Shown: piece by piece, positions 39,481 to 53,150 of the stretch | Position numbering within the stretch: the stretch's first letter is position 1 | Layout of the letters: each line of letters starts with the position of its first letter | From: Isurus oxyrinchus | Lineage: Eukaryota | Direction: 5' to 3' | DNA: 64,000 nucleotides | Assembly: GCA_026770705.1 (NCBI GenBank) | Contig: JANJGN010000034.1 | Location: forward strand, 7,378,001-7,442,000 | The notes under the pieces: generated by a model | What the model saw: the letters and a program-made list of their open reading frames with translations, nothing else | The model's database searches: none | Told to the model about the DNA's origin: nothing | Position numbers and translations under genes: made by a program

Positions 39481-40951
39481 TTTAACAATATACCTGAGTA
39501 TTGTGGTCAGTGAAGTAACGTGGGAATTACAGCAGTCAATGTTGTTTGCAAAAAAAGGTTCCAAGCGTGATACAGAAACTGAGTCCAGTAGGCTAATTGA
39601 ATGCTGCCAAATTTATAGTTGTTGCGAAAAGATAAGAAAACAAGGGGACAAAAATCAAGCTTAAGTTGTACAGAGCCCTGATTACACAACACCTGGAGGA
39701 CTGAGTATTTCAGGGCACCTAAATTTGGCACGGACATAGAAGTCTTGGCAAAATCACAGCGTAGGTGTAGGGACTGTTACCGGAACTACGACCATTTGCT
39801 TACCACAGTACAATATGAAAAGAAGTATATCTAGAATTTAGAATATTAGAGGGAGGGGGGTTTTGATCGAACTTTTCAACATATTAAGGGGACGTGCTGG
39901 AATGGATCGAGTGAAACTATCTCTGCTGGTTAGGAGTCTTGGGCTAAGGGACGTAGATTTATTTTGAAAAGGTCATGATCTTCATGAGCCACATTAGGAT
40001 CTTAGAGTTAAAAAATCCTTACTTCACACGAAGAAGCCACATCTATTTCCTGTGGGTTTTGTTGTGGGCAATCAGAATCAATAAAGACCTACACCGACAA
40101 AGGGTTGTAGAATTTTTTAATTCTCTTCCAAAAAGTGTAGACATGCCAAGTCAGATAAACAAAAAACTGAGTTTGCAAGATGTTTGTTATGCGCAGCGGT
40201 ACGGATATGCTGTTCGCTCAGAGATGAGCCTTTTATTCATTACATAGTGGATTGTGCTCGAATGGCTAAATGTTATATCCTTGGTCTTTTGTTGTATCCA
40301 ATCAGGAAAGAATGATTAGGTCATGAATATAAGGCGTTATCCAATAAATCAAATAGCAAGGATGAAGAAATATTTGTGTGCAAAAGACTTGTGAAAATCT
40401 GGAATTCAATACTGGACTGAATATTAGAATCGAATATTTGAGGCCCATTTGATTCGTAGCTCTACCAAAAAAAACATGCGGGGAAAGGGCATATCATATT
40501 TAGCAGATAGAGTTAGATGGACTGCAGAACCTCCCCGAATCACCTTCGGAAACACAATTCATACCCACGACTTCTACCACCGAGGGCCACAAGAACAATA
40601 GGTGCAGGAACACCACCACCTGAATATTCTCCTCCAAGCTACACACCGTGCTGAATTGGACTACATCACCGTTCATTCACTGTCGCTGGGCCAAAATCCT
40701 AGAACTTCACCCCTTGCAGGGATGTGGGCGTGTCTACACCACATGGGCTTCAGCAATCTAGAAGGGATCTCACCACTGCCTTCTAAATGGGAATTCTGGG
40801 CAGACGAAAAAAACCAAAGTGACCCCGCCAGCGACACCTATACCGCTTGACAGAGTAAACATCAACTAAACCATTTGTGGCCCCTGATTAACCATCTTGA
40901 ATGCTTGCACGATCTTCAATTCTACAGAATCCCAAACCCAAATGCTGCCAG

Positions 40952-41024
40952 CTTATCCTGTTCAACAACCTCCACATCCAAAGCACCAACTTATCCTGTT
41001 CAACAACCTCCACATCCAAAGCAC
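40952..41024. repeat. 38-bp tandem duplication (about 1.9 copies)
   Basis: cttatcctgttcaacaacctccacatccaaagcac occurs at 40952 and again at 40990. Confidence 0.9.
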
Positions 41025-41044
41025 ACACACGTACACCTAAGCTG

Positions 41045-42290
41045 ATGAATCAGTACTCCGCCCTTTCAAGCACCATTTGAAAAAAATGATGTGACAAGGG
41101 CACAGGATGTAAGAAGTGTGGAACTTCAGTGAATATTACCAAGACTGGCTCGGTAGTACCACCACTGAATGAGCTGGTCGGGAGCCAAAGGGCACAGCTG
41201 CTATGCTGGGCTTGCTCGACCAGGGTGGTGGTGAGGTAACCAATCAACAAGGGAAGAACAATCTACCCAACATCTTCCTAGCAAACCTGCATGTCACAGA
41301 TGCACCTGTCCCTGACAGTATCGGTAGGGCTGATAGCCGCACACTGGTTGTGGTGGCCATGTTCTGCATTCACCGGGAGGATACCTTCCATCGTGCTGTC
41401 ATCCTATTAAATGGGATCACTTTCGAATATGTCTGGCAACCCTGGGCAGCCATGAGGCGCTGTGGGCCATCAGAAGCAGGAGAATTGTATCCAAGCACAA
41501 CCGGGCTGATAAGTGGCGCGTGAGAATCTTGCTACACAAGTGCCAGGCAATGCCACTTTCAAAATGAGATTAATGCAAACATTTCCCCTTGATTTTCAAT
41601 GGAATTACTACAGCCAAATTCCACACCATTAACATCCCATTATCCTTGACCAGAATCTCAGCTCCGCCAACCGTATAAATAGTTTCCCTACAAGATCAAC
41701 TCTGAGGATCGGAATTCAACAGTGTGTACCTCACCTCCTGACTCCCCAAACTTGTTTACCATCTACAAGGCACACGAATGCGATATTCTCCACTTGTCTC
41801 AATGAAGGTAGCTCCAAAAGCACTAACGAAGCTTGAAAACATGCAGGGCAACGCAACTCGATTGACCACCACCCAATCCACCACCTTAAGCAGTGCTTAA
41901 ACAGCTGCTGGCTAAACTAGCGGTGTAAAGTGGAAGAAGCTTGTACCAGTTAGAAGATGCACCGCAGCACCTCGGCAAGTCCCCTTCGACTGCACATTCC
42001 AAACCTGGGACCTCTATCACCTCGAAAAAAGAGGGGAACAGACGCGTGAGATGCACTTTTAACTCGTCCAACAAGGAATGTACCATCCTTACTTAGAACC
42101 ACTTCTGGGCGTTCCTTCACTGTCACTGCATCGAAAGAAAAAGTACTGCAACTCCCTTTCTATCAACACTATAGCTATATCAACACCATATGGGCTGCTG
42201 CAATTTGTTAAGACAGGGAGGCGTCCCCATGCCAGCGTCAAGGGCAATTAATGTCTGACAAGCAAAGCTGGATTTGGCAGAGACGCTCAT
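41045..42290 (+). mobile_element. Internally deleted family A LINE (APE endonuclease end joined to the 3' end)
   Basis: GKNNLPNIFLANLHVTDAPVPDSIGRADSRTLVV (LDL.LTN...SDH-like), followed directly by C-terminal ORF2 and 3' UTR motifs. Confidence 0.7.
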
Positions 42291-43259
42291 TTATTTCCTT
42301 TAAAGTTACCATACCCTAGTCATTATCTTCCTTTATCTTACTGTAGGTTATCAATCAAATCTCCCCATCAAATCAATGATTTTCTCTTCTTCCCTTTTCC
42401 CTCCATCCTGTTCAGATTAAAATGTTAATCTCCTCTTCCCCTCATGGACCTCATTGTACCCAAAATTTAAAATGGTTATATCTCTTCAGCTGTTATCCCC
42501 TCTCCCTCAAATCTATGGCCATCACTTATCCCCTCAAATGTTCAAACATTGACCACCTCAACCCATGCAAAACATCATCCCATTTCCAAATTCCATTTGC
42601 TCCCCAATATCCTTGGGGTACTGCCCACTCCCAATTAGTTGCCACCTTTCCCAGCATTTCATGACTGAATCTATCCAAGCTGATTTCCAGCACTCCCACA
42701 GTCCCGAAACAATTCTTTCTCAAAATCACGGGTAAATTTTATCTGTCCAAGGGCCGTTGGCTGTATGACATCTGATAAGTTGCAATTAATCTCTGGGTGC
42801 AGTGAAAGCAGTACTATCTACTCGGTAGCCAGCAGTCGACGTTTATTCCAGTCCTCACTGATATGAACTTCGCTACAAAAAAGGGAACATTATAGTGCTA
42901 AAGGATTTTTCCCCGCATTGGAGTAGGCTTTACAGTAGGAATTTTCAATTATATATGTTTCACCGCTGGGGCAGCTCTCTCGTTTAATAATTTGTCATTT
43001 CAACATTAGAAACTAAGCACTTGGATAATGCCACCTGCAGCAACTGTTGGCAATTGCGAAATTTACCAAATGACTATATGAATTAAAAAAAACATGTTGC
43101 CTAATTGTGTCGGCTGAAATCTATACGCCCACCTCACATGCAGCACTGTTCAATATAGTTGGAGTGAGTAACAGGCAGACCAGCAGCAACCTACTTTGTG
43201 GTACCAAAGCAGGCAAATTTCTACCCCATGTAACCATGTCGTTCTTTTTGTTCACACAG

Positions 43260-43286
43260 AAGAAAAGCTAAAGCTGAAAGCGAATA
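43260..43286 (+). CDS. Microexon 12, 27 nt, EEKLKLKAN
   Basis: gtcgttctttttgttcacacag|AAGAAAAGCTAAAGCTGAAAGCGAATA|gtgagt. Confidence 0.88.
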
Positions 43287-46200
43287 GTGAGTTCTTCAAA
43301 AATATTTTGTTTCTTCTTAAAATATGCATCCTAATTTAACATGATTTGTCTAGTCTATTCTCACGCCATTGACAATACCATGTACCGCCCTCACCTTTAA
43401 AGTATAATCTCAGTTTGATCTCCACACTTCACCTATACATGCACTTTGATTACATCACACATAGGACACTATGCACATTTCGAGAAGGCATAAATAATCG
43501 GTAAACCCTACCTAACCTACAACTCAGTGCAAAGTTTGAGATTCTGTATAGCTTGCATGCGCCACACCTGGAGAAATGTGCACATTTCTGGCCTCTATAT
43601 ATTTTGGCTAGACCAGTACTAGAGTATTGTGCACGGTTCTCATCTCTATATATCTCTTTCAAACCACGTTTGGGGGATTTTACCCGGTTCATTTTTCCCC
43701 TACACGCTACATAAATCGCATATATTATATGTGTAAGTACTCTTCTTCATATCTACCAGTTAGATCACACTTGGAGTACTGTGCACAGTTCCCGGCTTCA
43801 TTCGCCTGGTTTCAATCACACACACACAGTACTTTGCACAGTCCTGGACTCAATATTTCAGAATAAAGAAAGAGAAATATGGGAGAAGGTGGTTTTTCCA
43901 GAATGGTACCATAACTAAGCATGTATTAAGCTTCAGAGTAATTTGGAAAAGGTTCTTTCTTGACTCACCTAAAAAGAGAACGTGGATATCTGACCTGAGA
44001 GAGGTCTATAAGATTACGAAGTGATATGCGAGATCTACGTCAGAGATGCTGATTTCTGTCCAGAAGGGTTCAAAGATAGAATCATGGAATCATTCAGCCT
44101 ATGACACATTTGAACCGTGATGTCTGATTTGATATTTCAATCTGATTTCCAACTTAACCTTGCATCTGAGCTTAACTCCATGACATCACCAAGTAGTTTC
44201 CCTGCAAACGCATGTCAAATTGCTTTTTTATCTTCCTATTATTCGATTCTACCACCCTTTCACATCCTTTATTCCCTCTGCGTCAAAATACAACACCCTT
44301 ATACCTTTGCCTATATTTACTTCTGTATCTATGGCTTTTGGACCAGTTGCGGCAAAGGGCCAAATTTATTCGAGAATCAACTCACATCCTTTAGTGTTTC
44401 CATTCAGCTTCTATGCTTAAAAGATGAAAATCCCAGGGCCTACAATCTTCTCAAGTAATTTAAGTCTTTCATTCTTGAGGTCATCCAAGCTAAACATCTG
44501 TGTACCATTTGGATTCTCTTGAAATCGTTCCTAAATTATGTCACCAAGCAATCACACGATTTTTCATTGGAGGCCTAGCTATAAGTTTGTGCAAGTTTCC
44601 TATTACTTCACACAAAAAACAAAAATTGCTCGAAATACGGACTCGAAACGTTAACTCAGTCTTCCAATCCTCAGATGCTGAGTTTTTCCAACAATTCTTG
44701 TTTTTGTTCCAGATTTCCAGCATCCGCAGTATTTTGGGTTTTTTTTCTATTACTTCATTGTGTTGGTATTCAATGACTCTTTTTGAAAGGCCAGGTTTCC
44801 CATGCATTGTTCTTAAATATTAATGATCATGGTGCTGACATCACCAAGTCGTTGAGACCTTCCCTGTTCTGCACCTCCCGCAATGAGTACCTCTTGCATT
44901 TATAGTCAATCTCTTGTCTGCATATAGTTGTATATTCAAAATGTCTGGCAAATCTGACAGTCGCTCTATGCTGCTGCTCTCCTGCTCACTATTTGCTACC
45001 TTGACAACTTTTGCATCCACAAACCTTGTAAGTGTAGTCCATGAGCTCAATCCCGCCTCCTTTGAAGATAATAATAAAATCATCAAGTCTCTACCCAGGT
45101 CTGGCGCACAAGACAGTTTCCTGTCCCCGAGTAACGAAAAAATAGGTTTATCATCAAACACTGCCTCCAAATTATTATCCAATTGGCACCTTAATTGGCA
45201 GTACCCTTATTGCAATGTTCTCTTTTTTTTCTGATAGGTTTGCCCCGTCCTTTTTTTCGCCATGTTACTGCGAATGATAATTAATGTTTTCAGTGGCTCA
45301 CGTCTCTACGTTCTCCCCACTACTGCTATTGGTCTATTTGGCCTGTCACTTGTTAACATATATATATATATTTCTAAAATCGCCAATACACCTAAAAGAA
45401 GATTCAGGAGAAATTTATTCACACAGAGACCGTTAGTAAAGCAGAAGTCTCCACCACAGTGCATGTTGGGTGACATTGCATCGCAGTTAAGTGATAGCTA
45501 TCATGATGGAGATGAAATAGGAGATAGGCTGATATAGATTGTTGAATTAAAGTGGAAGAAGGCTCGCAAGAAGTGAGAGGGCGGTCAGAATACATGTGAG
45601 TGCTTCAGGATTTATCAGCGAGTACCTTCCATGCAGGCATCTGCATTGCAGAGTCACAACAGATTATAAATCTATAACCTTGGGATTGAGAGTTTCGAAC
45701 AATCAAAATATGCTCCACCAGCCTCCTGTCTAGTTTAACTAGAAAAGAGAACACAAAGAGGAGTGACCTGGTGAGAATCGTGAAAATCATGAAGACGTTC
45801 GATGACATGAATATGGGGAAGTAATTTCCAATTTTGGGGCATTCCAAAAAAATGGGCATGCATAAAAAATTGTCTTTAATAAAAACCAGTAAGCTATTCA
45901 GAAGAAACTTGTGTATAAAGCAAGTGGCAAGAATATGCAGCAGCTTGCCACATGCAGAGGTCGGGCCATAAAACGTTGAGTCATTTTATTAAATATAGAA
46001 ATATAGATAACGAAAGAGGAGTTAACAAAATAGTCTATTGATCTAGTAGGGTGACACAGGTTTGAGGAAGCTTGTGTGAAAAAGAAACAACAGCATTAAA
46101 TAATTGAGTGGATAGCCTGTTTCTGGGCTGAAAATTAAATGTATTGTCTTGAATTGAACTAAATGCCGCATTAGCTGTGAAAACTTTTGGCAAAGCATTG

Positions 46201-49190
46201 TGGAGACAAATTAGAAGCGGTCCGAGGACACAAAAGTGACCGATGTTCTTTTCTCCCTATTCCCGTTTTAGAGCACACAATCGAATTTTGCAGACCTGAT
46301 AATGGCTCACCGGCATATCTGATGATGTGTCACCACACATGCCCAAGTATTCCTGAAGATTTGGGTTCTGAATGGATGGAGATGTTCAATTGCAATGTAA
46401 TCACAACCCTGGACCACACACATTAATGCGTGTGTTACAATATATAGAGAAAGGATTCAGACATTATGTTATTAATCCCTTGAGAGTGGATTCATTTAAA
46501 ATATATAATTTACCAGTATCTGATTCTGAAGATTAATGGCCAGGATCTATCTTCTGGTAAACATTCCCAGAAATGGTAAATGTTTTAATTACAGTAAAGT
46601 GTTGTTGGAATACCTCTTTCGGTACTTACCTGAACATTGTTTCCTCAATAGAAGAGAAACTCAAAGGGAAAGGTACCTGCTTTATTTTCAAATTCCTGGA
46701 ACAATCTTGAAATATAAAACGGTGTCAAGCAAGTTGAAATACAATTATATGGAGAGGATTTTAAAGTGCTTCATGGAACAGTAAAGGTCAATTGTCAATT
46801 TGGAAATTTGTAGGTGTTCATTCTTTCAGAAGTTTACACAGTAAAGGACGAAAAGTTTTTGTACTTTGCTGATACATCTGCAAACAGAGGGTATAAATTT
46901 GTGGAAGGAGCCAGAGGGCGAAGAGAAGTACTTGTTTCCACTGCTACGACCTGGAATGCACATCCTAAAATGCTGTTGGAAGGAAATTTAAAAGTAGCTT
47001 TCAAAGGACATGGATTGGTGACTTCATTCTTGCATGGGTATCGGGAATATCAGGGAAGAGATGGACATTCAGTGGTCCTTTCAAACATCCATCAAAAACA
47101 CGATTGGCTGAATGGCCACCTTCTGCGCTATATTATGTTCTGATTTTAGTCAGTTTTCTATGTTATTTGCTGGGAATATTACAAAAAGAAACGTTTTACA
47201 GGTTAATGACATGTGAGCCTTGAACTGAATGTTAGCACATTTGCACAATAATTGTGACTTGCATCTATTTGGCGCAGTAAACATAACCAAAAAAAAGGCA
47301 CAATGCATTTTAGAAGAGTATTATCAAACACAATTTCATACCGAGACTCAAAAACAGAAATTAGTGATATGGTCAAATGTTTTCTCAACAAACACCTTTT
47401 GTCTGAGAAAGGAGCCGTAGATGTGAAGGATGCGAGTTCCAGAGGGTAGGATCTTGGCAGTGGAACACAAAGCCAACGATGAGTGAGTGAGAAAGGGAGA
47501 GAGAGATCGAGTGACGCAGAAGAAAATATCATTCAATCAACGGATTTATTGCAAGGAGCTAGGGTTATGTCGTCACAGAGGAAGTGACGAGGTCATGAGA
47601 ATTTTGAATTTTAATACTGAGGGGTTGTCTAACTACCAGCCAATATTGGCCAACTAGCAGGTAACAGGAAATTGACGAGAATCCCCAGAACTCATACGGT
47701 ATTCCATAACATTACTAGCAAGATGAATTCGCCAAATCGCTGAAAGTGGCTATCAATTTGCTAACGTTTATATTCAGGAAAACGATGGCTGCACCTGTAT
47801 GTAGGCACGAAGTTTGTAAAGTGTGATCTGCTCCCGATATTTAAAAATCGTTGGGATATAAAAAGGGGTGTAAATCCTTCTGTACTGAATCTACGATATA
47901 ATTTCGTCAATGAGAGGTGCAAAACGAGAGTTTCTTTTTCTTGCCCGTTGCATCCCTGCGCATGATATTCAATTGCTTTAGCCAATATCTAAATTCCTTG
48001 ACGAGAGGATGGTAGGCAAATCTATAGAGTCCTTTTGCCCTCCCACCCAGCACGAATTCCATTGTAACGAGGTTAATTTATTGATCATTTATATTTGGGT
48101 AATCCATTACTGAAAAAACAAATATCAAAAAGGTAAGGTGTTTTACAGGAAGTGTGCAAAACATTGTGTTATAGAATTAAATAGAGCAACTGTTCTGAGA
48201 AATTGGAGCATCTGAGCTGTACAACATCGGACGACAAGTCCATGCATCGGGCCCTACAGAGACAAATTAAGTTTTATTGATTCAAAGCAAGTGCTGTCAA
48301 ATGGATAGACAATTGGCTGATGATTTGCATAGGGGAAATCCATTTAATAGATAGTCATGAATTGTGGAAAAGATGAAAGTTATCTATTGCACATGCTATT
48401 ATACTCCTATAAAATTCTCAGAGCACCTTAAGCTGCTAAGACCCTAATTCCCTCATGTCTGCAATACCCTCACCAAAGTCCCGCGTCTCTCTCTCTCTCT
48501 CTATCTATCTCTCTCGCTTTGTCTATCTCACACACACAAACACATGGTTATTTTGAATATTGTATAAAATATAAGGATGAATTGGCGAATTTGCTAAGTA
48601 GATTCATATGAATGAAACAAGAATTGAAAATTTGAATTATGGGCTGGTAACAATTTTCAGACAATAATGAAGCCAATAGGAAATGCAGGAAAAACTTACA
48701 GCGTGGTAAAAGAAAAACATAAAAATTATCACCACAGGGAATATAGGAAGAAAACAAAATAAATAAATTAAAGGTGAACACTACTAATGGCATGAGCAAG
48801 AATGGACAAGGAGGGATATGCAGAGACAGATGAAAAGCAATGTTAAGGAGCAAAATTCATGACATAAACTGCGCGACTGAAATGTCTCTATACTGATTAT
48901 TAAATGCAAATTGTGATGGTTTCCATCGATGATCTTTCAAGATGCTGGGTCTATTGTTAGATACATCCTGGAGCTTAATGTAAATATAGCAACTGAACTG
49001 ATGATGGCTGCATGCGTGTTATAAGTCACAGCATTCTGCGAGTGAACCGGGTGAAAAAAACATATTTTGTTTCCCCATGAAGAATGAAGCATTTATTAAT
49101 TGAATCAATATTTTCTAAAACTTGCATAATATCCAGAAAAGGTGCATGGTTTTAAAGCTTCATGTTGAAGAATTCTTATCTGCATTCCAG

Positions 49191-49226
49191 AGCTGAGCGC
49201 GTGTCAAAGCGCATTAAAAGAATTAG
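49191..49226 (+). CDS. Microexon 13, 36 nt, KLSACQSALKEL
   Basis: aattcttatctgcattccag|AGCTGAGCGCGTGTCAAAGCGCATTAAAAGAATTAG|gtaaga. Confidence 0.88.
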
Positions 49227-49904
49227 GTAAGAGTGCCGTTCACTTATAGGTTATAGACTGCTCCAGCTCTTTTTCGCAACAGCTAAGAGGGTGAAAGTTT
49301 ATCTCTAGTTAGAGGAGGAAAAGAAAAGGGGGGGCGGCAGGGAAGTGAGTGTACTCACGCTGCTTATACACACGGCCCATTATTCATTCATGTTAACTTT
49401 AGTAGACCTGGATTTGAAGCACCGCCTATCACGATGTCACACAGCATTAATTACAGTTTCCTATTCTTTGTGCTTCTCCAGCGTACCGCGTAACATCTTC
49501 CTCATTAAAATGCAATTGTGAATTCTGTGCAATTGAGCGGACTTGAAACGGATGCAAGATGGTTTGACGGGACTGGGCCCAATCCTCTTAGAAACAAAAT
49601 ATTGACATATTGCCGAATTGGAGGCCTTACAATTACGAATAATTTTAATGTTCTAAAAATACGAGAAACAAGAATCAAAATTCAGCACGATATTCAATGG
49701 GAAATAAGAATACTCTGCATCACCCAGATTGTGGTGTGAATGTGAATCTCACTTCCATGTTCAGTGTTTAAGTTGACCAGTGTAAATGCATTGAAAGAAA
49801 ATGCAGATAAGTACAAGGGAAGAATGGAACAGAGGGATATGATTGTAGAAAATTTGGGAAATTATTGTGTAGATCTTCACGTCGAACTCTGTTCTCATCC
49901 ACAG

Positions 49905-49931
49905 AAGCGAAACTGAAAAAGACGGAGAAGG
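49905..49931 (+). CDS. Microexon 14, 27 nt, EAKLKKTEK
   Basis: actctgttctcatccacag|AAGCGAAACTGAAAAAGACGGAGAAGG|gtaatc. Confidence 0.88.
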
Positions 49932-50199
49932 GTAATCATGTTCGGAAATTCTTTGAGCCTGAATTCTTTCCATTTTTCACGCTGGCAGTTACAGAATGTC
50001 TTCCAAAGTATTAGATATAACATTAAGCCTTTTGGCTCTTCAGCTTGGGGAATCATTTAGCCTTTTATAAGGCAACGCCAATATACATCGTCTGTAACAG
50101 ATTATATAAATGATTGAAAAAAACAGAACGAATTGACTGTAAAATGCTTCCAGAGATCATCATTGTGTGAAAGCTGCAAAATATTGTATTCTTCGAAAT

Positions 50200-53150
50200 T
50201 TTCGTTGAGGAAAATATAACTGGGAAAATAAAATAATTTAAAGGCTTATTTAACTGTATGGATCAAGCACCCAGAATAATGTAGATGAACGTTTGGCGCA
50301 GATAGATATAAATGGTTATGAATGGTAATTACCACTATAGAGGCACGGTTACACGTGACCAGATTGGGAAACAAATATTCCATAGTGCACATTCTTTTCT
50401 GAAAGACAGACTGAATGGCAAGATAGCCTGCAGAGTAAATGCTGGAATAAGGAGATTAGTGAGGCGGATCTTGGCTCAGATAATTATGAAGTAGAATCCG
50501 TATGGAAAGAAATGCGGAATCGCCAGTGTCAGAGAACCTGGCGGGCTGGTGGTTCACTGGTCCTCAAGCAGCAGATGTACTGCTGGCCAGGAGATTAAGC
50601 AAGAAACTATCTAAACTTGTAACCAAGAGTTAGCACACATTGTGGGTGAATTTAATCTTCTTAAAGGGTGGAATAATCAAATTGGCAAGGTTTGTCAAGA
50701 CAATGAATTTGTATAATGCTTACATAACAAGTTTCCTGGAGCAGTACCTCTGGGAGCCAACTACAGAAAAGGCTTTTTAGATCTAATATTATGTAACAAA
50801 GTAGTGTTAATTAGCAATTTCATCACAAACGATCTGGTTGGACATATTGATCTCAAAACCATTGATTCCATTTTAGTAGGGGAATGCTGCATCCAGCTCT
50901 GGGCGCTGTACTTGAGGAAGGATATGAAGACATTGGAGACAGGACAGACGAGGCTTGGAAGAATGAATCAAGCAATAAAGAACTGTGGCTATAAGGCTAG
51001 ATTGAGAAACTGGAGCTGTTTTCTTTGGAGAAAAGAAAGATGAGAGGAGACTTGGTAGATTATTCAAGATCCTGAAGGGCATGGACAGGGTGAATATTGA
51101 GATGATGGAGGGCACAGATTGAAAATTATTGCCAAACGAAGTGAAAGTGATGTGAGGATTTTATTTCTCAACCAATGGGTGATTTGAGTCCAGAAACAAA
51201 CTTCTGAGTGTGTAGTGGAGGAAGGGTCAATCGAGGTATTGAAAACGGAACAGCATTACTCTCTGAAATAGCCAAATGCAAGGCTACAAGGGTGAGGCAG
51301 GCGAATGGAACTAGACAGTACCGGCAAAGTTATTGCATAGTCAATGGGACTGAAAGGTCTCCTGCTGCACTGTAATGGTTCTGTGGTTCCATGAAGAATG
51401 AAAGCAGCGTGCTCCCATTACAAATATCCTTTAATTTAAGGAAAGTAAATTAAATAGATATGACGTAAGAGCTTTCTAATGTTGATTGGGTCAATAGAAT
51501 AAAGCTTTGGCAGTAAAATACAGTATGGAAACTTCTAAAGAGCCAAATGAAAATGTTCAACAAATATACATTCCACCGAAAAACGAATCCTGAAGACGGA
51601 AGATACTTTGTGGGTTACTAAGAGTGTTAGCAGTAGCCTTAGGTTCAAAGAAGAGGTTTCTAAATTCACAAGTCTTAGTAGAAGGTATAAGGATTAGAAT
51701 TGTTTTCGAGAACAGAGAAAAAAGAAAAGTTAGTAACAAGGGAACAAAGTAGAATATTTGAGCAAATTAGGTTGGGAAATAAAATCAGATTATGAAAGCT
51801 GTTTGGAGAACCTAACATTTAAGAAAATATTCAAAGTGTACCTTGGGTCCTGAGAAATAAGAGCAGAGAAATTATTATGGGAAATTTAGAAACGACAGGG
51901 AGATTGAACAAATCTGTTCTGTCTTTGCAGTTGAAGATACTAGTTGTACACCAGAAACATAGGTTAACTTGCGTATTATGACAACAGAGAAAGTTAAGGA
52001 AATCAATATAATCAGAGTGGTAAAAAGTATTGGAGAAGATTAAAATCCGGCAAATCCCGAGGAATTTAGAGCCTACATTCTAAAACAGATAATTTCAGAG
52101 ATACTGGATGTTCTGTTACAATGCTCCAAAATTCCTAGATTCTGCAATGATTCCAGCAGTCTGTAAACTATCAAATGTATTATTGCTATTCAAAGAGGTG
52201 GCTGTAAGAAAACGTGGAGCTGCAGGCCAGTTAAAGTGAAACGCTGGGAAAGGTTTGGAATGTATTAATAAAGAAGCCTTAAAAATGAAATTATAAAAAC
52301 ATAGTGCGATCAAAGTCAGCATGATTTTGAAATAGGGGAATCGTTTTGCACAGAGGTTTTTTTCTAGGGATGTAAGTAGTAAAGTACATGAAGGGGAATC
52401 AGTCTGTACGTTATAGCTGGATTTTCAAATTGCGTTCAATAAGATGCGAGGCAAAACGCTCACAGACTGGCTAAGCATTCATGGAATTGGGGGCACCATT
52501 TTAGCATGGTAATGGGACTCGTTAATGGGCAGGATGCAAATGAAAGGCATAAATGGGACTTTCTTAAGTTAGAATGCCGTAACAAGTGGAGTGCTGCAAG
52601 GATCAGTGCAGGGGCTCATCAGTTTCCATTCTCTGTGGATGACTCAGGCAAAGAGTCCGAGAGTAGCTTACATACATTTGTTGGTGATACAAATCTATGT
52701 GGAAATGTAAGCAGCGACGCAGACGCAGAGAGGTTGCAGAGAAATAAAGACAGGTTAAATGAGTAGGCAAGAAGAGAGCAGGTGTGAAATAATGTGGGAA
52801 GAGGAAGACTATACAGATTGGTCCTAACGATAGAAACGCTGGACATTGTTAGAAGCCACGAATCTTGTAATTACTAATGTTCAGAACAACATAGATGTGC
52901 TCGGACAAAAGACTCTGAAATGTAGCATTCCAGTACAGCAAGCAATCAGTAAGGCAAAGGGAATGCTGGACTTTATAGAAAGGCGTTTGGAATACAAGAA
53001 TTAGGAAGCCTTATTAAAATTCTACAGGGGCTGTGGAGGCCACACCTGGAGGTTGCCAAGATGTTTTGGCCTCATTATTTAAGGATGAATATAGTTTTAT
53101 TGGAGGTGGTCCAGCAAGGATTCAGTCCATTGGTCGCTGGGATGTTCTGT
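50200..53150 (+). mobile_element. Long decayed CR1 ORF2 (endonuclease to RT) with a nested CR1 piece at ~50870-51390
   Basis: Remnants of VESVW.E.RN, IVG.FN, LDLILCN, K.PG, LDFQ.AF.K, SGV.QGSV.G, FVGDTNLCG and RPHLE. Confidence 0.8.

Larger units (their letters stand above)
43533..50586 (+). repeat. Segmental duplication, copy 1 (portion matched within the window)
   Basis: Colinear with 57132-64000 at high identity (low-to-mid 90s % by eye); the ORF track is also duplicated, e.g. 44841 vs 58434 and 46536 vs 59910. Confidence 0.97.

Noticed and set aside
44117-47536. Cluster of 100-130 aa ORFs that appear twice (also 57716-60906)
   Set aside because: Their recurrence reflects the recent segmental duplication of decayed CR1 sequence, not coding conservation.
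48113-48132. A-rich segment ending AAG|GTAAGG
   Set aside because: No AG acceptor, only 20 nt, and the donor is absent in copy 2.
49309-49344. 36-nt AG..GTGAGT segment (VRGGKEKGGRQG)
   Set aside because: G-run low complexity; length and donor are not conserved in copy 2 (62711-62760).
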